Source: Candidatus Poribacteria bacterium
GTDB taxonomy: Bacteria; Poribacteria; WGA-4E; JAJDTR01
Assembly: GCA_965222225.1 (NCBI GenBank)
Contig: CBDCTK010000002.1
Coordinates: 4,320,001 to 4,384,000, forward strand
DNA: 64,000 bases
Reading direction: 5' to 3'
Positions 58,713 to 64,000 of this stretch are shown in pieces. The position numbers were made by a program, and so were the translations under genes. The notes below the pieces were generated by a model. The model ran no database searches. It saw nothing but the letters and a program-made list of their open reading frames with translations, and was not told the DNA's origin. Numbering within the stretch: the first letter of the stretch is position 1; every line of letters starts with the position of its first letter.

Positions 58713-59930
58713 ATGTCAATTGCTATTCAACCCTACTCATTGAACGTCCCGCAGGACGTGTTGGACGATCTTCGCGAGCGATTGGAACGCACACGCTTGC
58801 CGGGTTCGGTGTCGGGGACCGGCTGGAGTCGAGGTGTGGACTTCGACTACATGGAAGATTTGATTGACTACTGGATTCAAGAATACGACTGGCGTGAACA
58901 GGAAGCAAGACTCAATCGGTATCGACATCTCAAAGCGGACGTTGACGGGCTCGGTATCCATTTCATTCATGAAGAGGGCAAGGGGCCAAATCCCATGCCG
59001 TTGTTCATGATGCACGGGTATCCATGGTCTTTAATTTTGTTGTTGAGAATCCTCCCGATGCTCACCGATCCCGCCTCATACGGCGGGGATCCGGCAGACG
59101 CTTTCACTGTAGTGATCCCGTCCATTATCGGTTTTGGATTCTCGGATTATCCCAATGAGCGGGGTTTTGGGTTCCAGCATCACCCGAGCATATACGACAA
59201 ACTGATGACAAAAGGGCTAGGTTACGAGCGCTACGGAATCGAAGGCGGGGATTGGGGCGGTTTCATTACCGCTCCGTTTGGATACCACCATCCTGAGAAC
59301 TTGATTGGGATTCACCTCAACTGCCTGTTTCCGCGGCTGGGAGATGAACGAGAACCGGAAGACAAAGATCCGGATATCCTGCGCGGACTTGGCATGAAGT
59401 GGGCGCCCGTCAAGCCAAAAGATCCCGATATGCTCCGTTATTGGAAGAACGTTGAGAGGTACTGGATCGATGAAGGCGCCTACTGTCACCAACAGATGAC
59501 GCGCCCTCAAACTCTTGCCATCGGTATGACCGATTCGCCAGCGGGCCTTGCAGCGTGGATTATTGAAAAATGGCGTGCATGGTGTGGCTGGGGCGACGAT
59601 TTCGAGAAACTATTTCCGCGTGATATGCTTATTACCAATGTCATGCTCTACTGGGTGACCAACTCGTTCTGGTCAGCGATACGGCTCTATAGCGAGTCGT
59701 ACTATCACCCGTGGGAGCTTCCGCCGGGTGAGCGAATCGAAGTGCCGACAGCAGTTGCCGCCTATCCTCACGAGTTGGCGCCGATTGTCCGAAAGCGTGC
59801 GGAACGATACTATAACGTAGTGCATTACAACGAGTATCCGGAAGGCGGACACTTCGCGATTCACGAGCGTCCGGAGGAGATGGCGGCGGATCTGCGGGAG
59901 TTCTTCCGACCATTGCGCACGCATAACTGA
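58713..59930 (+). CDS. Epoxide hydrolase (EHN + alpha/beta hydrolase)
   Basis: 'L.DL..RL..TR', 'YDWR..E..LN', 'HGYP', 'GGDWG', 'DSPAGLAAWI.EK', 'GGHF'. Confidence 0.92.
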   Translation: MSIAIQPYSLNVPQDVLDDLRERLERTRLPGSVSGTGWSRGVDFDYMEDLIDYWIQEYDWREQEARLNRYRHLKADVDGLGIHFIHEEGKGPNPMPLFMMHGYPWSLILLLRILPMLTDPASYGGDPADAFTVVIPSIIGFGFSDYPNERGFGFQHHPSIYDKLMTKGLGYERYGIEGGDWGGFITAPFGYHHPENLIGIHLNCLFPRLGDEREPEDKDPDILRGLGMKWAPVKPKDPDMLRYWKNVERYWIDEGAYCHQQMTRPQTLAIGMTDSPAGLAAWIIEKWRAWCGWGDDFEKLFPRDMLITNVMLYWVTNSFWSAIRLYSESYYHPWELPPGERIEVPTAVAAYPHELAPIVRKRAERYYNVVHYNEYPEGGHFAIHERPEEMAADLREFFRPLRTHN

Positions 59931-60061
59931 GCGGCATCGCCCACATACATTCCCTTAAATCGCTTTTCCATTACAATCTTCAATGAATGAAGATTAGCTT
60001 GGCTCCGAGAGAATTACGTTTCACGCATCACGTATTTCGTGATGGCGGACAAGGCGGGTTC

Positions 60062-61441
60062 ATGCAGTGTCTTGGTATTGATATTGGTTCTTCAAGCATC
60101 AAAGGGGCGGTATTGAACCTTGAAGATTGCGCCGTGGGGGAAGTTATCAGGGAGGATTTTCCCGCACCAATTTCGGAACTACCAGTGGGATACTTCGAGG
60201 TGGAGCCTTCTCAAATTCAGGAGACGGTCGAAAGTGTCCTCGTCAAGTTGCTGGAGATAGCTCCGGATGTCTCGAGTATTCACTGGACGGGGCAGATGGG
60301 CGGAGTCATTTTAGCCGACGAGGCGGGCAACGCGCTGACAAATTATATTTCTTGGCGCGACCAACGTATGCTGGAGCCATATCCCTCCGGTGACGGCAGC
60401 TACTATCGGATACTTGAGCAGCGGCTAACTCGAACACGAATGCAGCAGCTTGGCAACGACTGCAAACCCGGCTCTGCGTTTAGCTTGTTATTTTGGTTAG
60501 CGGAACAGGGGGAACTACCCGATTCAGCGATTCCATTGGCTCTCGCCGATTATGTTACGATGAGACTCTTTGATGCGGAACCGGGGACCGAATACACGAG
60601 TGCCCTCGGCACCCTGAACATGCAAACGTGTCTTTGGCATCGGGAGGCGTTCAACGAGTTGGGCATCGGAAAGTTGCACTGGCCACAGTTGACAGATCCG
60701 TATCACGTGGTAGGTGAGATGGCGGTGCACGGTAATGTGATTCCATCTTATCCGTCGGTCGGAGACCATCAATGCGCCCTGGTCGGAATGCGATTGCGGA
60801 AGAACGAGTTGTCCATCAACGTGTCGACGGGTTCGCAAATTAGCTTATTGGCTGACGACTATCAACCCGGCGACTACCAAGTTCGCCCCTATTTCGATCG
60901 ACAGTATCTCAAAACGCTGACTCATTTACCCGCTGGCAGATCGTTAAACGTGCTGGTTGACCTATTGAGTGAGATTCCTCATGCTCAGGGGCTTGAGGTT
61001 GAAGATTCTTGGCTCTACATCACGAAGGCGGCGGCAGCCGCGGAGACCGACCTCAATGTTGACCTTTCTTTTTTCGAGGGACCCATGGGCAGCCGTGGCG
61101 AAATTCGCAATATCACAGTTGATAACTTAAATGTCGGCACGCTCTTTCGCGCGGCTTTCGATAACATGGCGAACAACTATGAGGTATGCGCCTCTCGGCT
61201 TTCGCCGGAAGAAGATTGGAATGGTTTAGTACTTTCGGGCGGGCTTGTAGGAAATTGCGACATTTTGCGCAGATTGATTATTGAGCAGTTTGACTGTTCC
61301 GTTCGTCTATCCGCGACATCCGAAGAGACGATGGAGGGTTTGCTAATATTGGCACTGGTGGCACGTGGACGATTCGACAGCGTGGCAGAAGCAAGTGCGG
61401 AGGTGGAGACTCGGCAAATGGCAATCGGTAATGTCGGCTAA
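60062..61441 (+). CDS. FGGY-family carbohydrate kinase (sedoheptulokinase-like)
   Basis: 'LGIDIGSSSIKG', 'TGQMGG', 'SWRDQR', 'VGDHQCA', 'INVSTGSQIS'; ATG 60062 preferred. Confidence 0.8.
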   Translation: MQCLGIDIGSSSIKGAVLNLEDCAVGEVIREDFPAPISELPVGYFEVEPSQIQETVESVLVKLLEIAPDVSSIHWTGQMGGVILADEAGNALTNYISWRDQRMLEPYPSGDGSYYRILEQRLTRTRMQQLGNDCKPGSAFSLLFWLAEQGELPDSAIPLALADYVTMRLFDAEPGTEYTSALGTLNMQTCLWHREAFNELGIGKLHWPQLTDPYHVVGEMAVHGNVIPSYPSVGDHQCALVGMRLRKNELSINVSTGSQISLLADDYQPGDYQVRPYFDRQYLKTLTHLPAGRSLNVLVDLLSEIPHAQGLEVEDSWLYITKAAAAAETDLNVDLSFFEGPMGSRGEIRNITVDNLNVGTLFRAAFDNMANNYEVCASRLSPEEDWNGLVLSGGLVGNCDILRRLIIEQFDCSVRLSATSEETMEGLLILALVARGRFDSVAEASAEVETRQMAIGNVG

Positions 61442-61545
61442 AAGTCGATGAACGTGTTGCGGGGTGGCACTGCCTGCCATCTTTCGGAGATCACATTTTT
61501 AGTGATTACAACTAAGAATTACACATATAGGATTCATGCAGTTCG

Positions 61546-61634
61546 GTTTGTGGTAGCGCAGTCTATTGCGTGTTTTCTGTAGAAGCGAGTTTTGCTCGCG
61601 TCAGGCGGTCGCGGTCGGGAGATCGCTCCTACAG
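61546..61634. repeat. REP doublet (CTGTAGAAGCGA...TCGCTCCTACAG hairpin)
   Basis: Inverted GTAG-tetranucleotide REP pair, same family as 18901, 42732 and 48800. Confidence 0.65.
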
Positions 61635-61845
61635 TAGGTTTTGTCATAAAAATCTCCAATCATAAAATCGCTAATTTCCCTCCATAATTATGTGTAAACA
61701 TGAATGGAAAAGAATATAAGTTGATAGACTCATTTGCTCGCGACAAACTTCCATAGTCGTCAGTGGCTGGCAGCAGCGGTGACTTAGACCGAACAGTAAA
61801 GCACTTTGATTTCAGCACGACAATCGAGGAAGCGAAGATTCTTAA

Positions 61846-62055
61846 GAGCCTGTTTGAATAATCGGTAGCAAAGCCATAATTGGTTATTTCTAGGAAGTTT
61901 TTTCATGCTTTTATTGTTGTCTGCTACGGACCTGTCGCCCCTCTGGGGCTTAAGTGCACGGGGTTTTGGCGTTTCTATACACCTGTCGCCCCTCTGGGGC
62001 TTTTAGAGGCTGGTGCACAGTGCGCACCCTACAAATGTACTTTTCAAACAGGATC
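61846..62055. mobile_element. 210-bp MITE with IS5-like (IS1031-type) ends
   Basis: TIRs GAGCCTGTTTGAA / TTCAAACAGGATC (12/13), flanked by TAA on both sides; internal duplicated ACCTGTCGCCCCTCTGGGGCTT. Confidence 0.72.
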
Positions 62056-62101
62056 TAAAGGATCGAAAATTGAGGAAATATAATTCTAAAGGAGACAATG
62101 A

Positions 62102-64000
62102 ATGGAACAAGATTTTTCTAACGAAAACCATTGGTCCGATGTGTTTTTCGCCGAAGAACCTCACCCAACGTTGAGTTATCGTTCAGGGATGGTTGTCTAT
62201 GAAGAATCGCTCATCAAGGGAGGCTTCGTGTCCAGAACTTGGAACGGGTCGGGCTACGTCAACGCTTGGGAGGATGTCCGGCTTGACCCGGCTCAACACG
62301 CCGCGCCTCAGTCGTTCTGGCTTGAAATAGACGGGCAACTCCTTGCATCACACTGGGAATGGGTCGATTTTGAGAAGAACGAGGAGACTCGACACGGATC
62401 TCACGGCGAATGTACCTGTCTGCACACTATAGTGACGCTTAGGCATACGGTCCGTCCGGTGACGGTGAAGGTCCACATGCTGTTAGATGCCACGCCGGTT
62501 ATGACTCGATGGCTTGAGATAACCAACACGGGAGATCAACATGCAGCACTCTCGGCGGTGTATCCATGGAGCGGCGTATTGAAATTTTCGGGCCAATGGG
62601 GAAGTCATGGCGTACCGGTAGCGACAGACATGTCAGATCTCTATTCTATCGGATACATGGCTAATTCCGCTTGGGGTGACGAAGGGAATTTCAAATGGCA
62701 CTCGCTTCCAACAGCGGGATACCGCGTGGATGGACGGTATCGCCGAGATCGGCATCGCCACCCGATGTTTGTCCTACGGAATAACGCCACCGGCGAACAT
62801 TTTATCTGTCAACTCGCTTGGTCGGGCGGTTTCTCGTTCGAGTTTGATCTTGATGCGCCTGTTGGCGATGTGGGGCCTTATAGCCTCTTTTTCCGCGCCG
62901 GACCCGATGCGCCACCGCCACATCGTGTCATTGCGCCCGGGGAAACGGTCACGTCGCCTGAAGTTCACTTGGGTATGGTGTTCGGCGACTTGGACGCGAG
63001 TATTCAAGCGATGCATGATCATCTGCGACGCAGCGTGTTCATGCCGCAGCCTAGAGGGCGCGGCGGGTGGATTGAGTCCGGAATCGGTCCCGAGCTTGAA
63101 ATCACTACCGATTATGTCTTTCATCAGATAGAGAACGCGGCGGCTTGGGGCAGCGAGGTTTTCTTTATCGACGCCAGTTGGTATGCACCGCCCTACGGGA
63201 GTTGGTCGACTACAGTCGGCGATTGGGAGGTGGACAGGCAACGTTTTCCGGACGGAATCGGACCGTTCCGCGATCGGTGCCATGAACACGGGATGCTCTT
63301 CGGGCTTTGGATGGATTCCGAGCGCATTGGGCCCGAAAGTCAAATTGCGGTGGAACACCCGGAATGGTTGGCAACCGCCTACGATGGCGAACAAAGACTG
63401 GGACGAATGCTGGACTTATCCAATCCGGATGCGGCGAAATGGATGGAGGAGCAAATTACCCGAGTCATTTCTGAAAATCAGTTGGAGTTTTACCGGTTAG
63501 ATTACAACGTTGGGGGGATTCGTCAAGGCGGCCAAACCGAACGCAACGGCTATGTGGAAAGCCTCTATTGGCGATACTACGAAACGCTCTATGCGATGTA
63601 TGATCGTTTGCGCGCACGATTCCCGGACGTAATTTTGGAAAGCTGCGCCGGCGGAGGGGGACGCACGGATATTGGCATGGTGCGACGCTTTAGTCACTCT
63701 TGGGTCACGGATTGGCAGATTGCTCCGCGTTCTTTTTCCATAACCAACGGGATGACGATGGCACTGCCACCGGAACACGTAGACCGTCTCGTCGCCGGTC
63801 AGAATGGACACATTGTCGCAGAACTCGAATTTCAGTGGCGGTTGTTGCTCTTCGTCAGACCTACGCTGGCGTTCTTTCATCCGCTCGGCGCGAGTTGGAA
63901 TCCTAATCAGCTCGCACGCATTCGGCATTTCATTAACCTATACAAACACTTCGTTCGACCATTCATGAACACCGGACGAATCTATCACCATACGCCTGCC
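62102..64000 (+). CDS. Alpha-galactosidase (GH36-like), runs off window end
   Basis: Manual frame from ATG 62102 (AAGGAG SD): 'EVFFIDASWY', 'DW.VD..RFPDG', 'GMLFGLWMDSE', 'LDLSNP', 'RLDYN', 'ILESCAGGGGRTD'. Confidence 0.85.
   Translation, partial: MEQDFSNENHWSDVFFAEEPHPTLSYRSGMVVYEESLIKGGFVSRTWNGSGYVNAWEDVRLDPAQHAAPQSFWLEIDGQLLASHWEWVDFEKNEETRHGSHGECTCLHTIVTLRHTVRPVTVKVHMLLDATPVMTRWLEITNTGDQHAALSAVYPWSGVLKFSGQWGSHGVPVATDMSDLYSIGYMANSAWGDEGNFKWHSLPTAGYRVDGRYRRDRHRHPMFVLRNNATGEHFICQLAWSGGFSFEFDLDAPVGDVGPYSLFFRAGPDAPPPHRVIAPGETVTSPEVHLGMVFGDLDASIQAMHDHLRRSVFMPQPRGRGGWIESGIGPELEITTDYVFHQIENAAAWGSEVFFIDASWYAPPYGSWSTTVGDWEVDRQRFPDGIGPFRDRCHEHGMLFGLWMDSERIGPESQIAVEHPEWLATAYDGEQRLGRMLDLSNPDAAKWMEEQITRVISENQLEFYRLDYNVGGIRQGGQTERNGYVESLYWRYYETLYAMYDRLRARFPDVILESCAGGGGRTDIGMVRRFSHSWVTDWQIAPRSFSITNGMTMALPPEHVDRLVAGQNGHIVAELEFQWRLLLFVRPTLAFFHPLGASWNPNQLARIRHFINLYKHFVRPFMNTGRIYHHTPA

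Noticed and set aside
61922-62002. Two 22-bp repeats with a ~32-bp spacer as a mini-CRISPR
   Set aside because: Only two copies, inside a MITE, matching a dispersed palindrome family; no cas genes
62676-63928. Short ORFs listed in the track at the window end
   Set aside because: They overlap the GH36 frame starting at 62102, which the track missed because it has no stop in the window
1-64000. tRNA/rRNA genes or a tRNA-based att site
   Set aside because: No cloverleaf or rRNA signature seen by eye; tRNAscan-SE/barrnap were not run

Overview
Bacterial window with two parts. The backbone is carbohydrate scavenging and secondary metabolism: 3 PhyH dioxygenases, GH2, GH36, a BNR sialidase-like protein, IolD, a GmhA/RfaE-like/DHS-like cluster, PdxA and an FGGY kinase. 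It also holds three signal-peptide WD40 proteins that share a 'GLPEGAxxRLGKG' N-terminus and many intergenic REP/MITE-like repeats. This gene mix suggests Candidatus Poribacteria or a similar sponge symbiont (inference only). An accessory island (~23.0-39.8 kb) carries decayed and intact defence-type genes: an MTase fragment, a TM + HD(DUF5662-like) + GIY-YIG trio, a Ppl/TrlF-like PHP-ATPase, an HNH remnant, an IS3 remnant, Mrr_N and a HEPN-like pseudogene. The most unusual structure is a co-oriented array at 33.4-38.8 kb. In it, Cre-like tyrosine recombinase genes alternate with paralogous membrane-anchored 'FGxITC' beta-repeat genes. A 49-bp direct repeat (the recombinase's own 3' end plus a Shine-Dalgarno) brackets one [cargo + recombinase] unit. 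No rRNA, tRNA or CRISPR array was recognised. All product calls come from motif recognition by eye; no database search was run.
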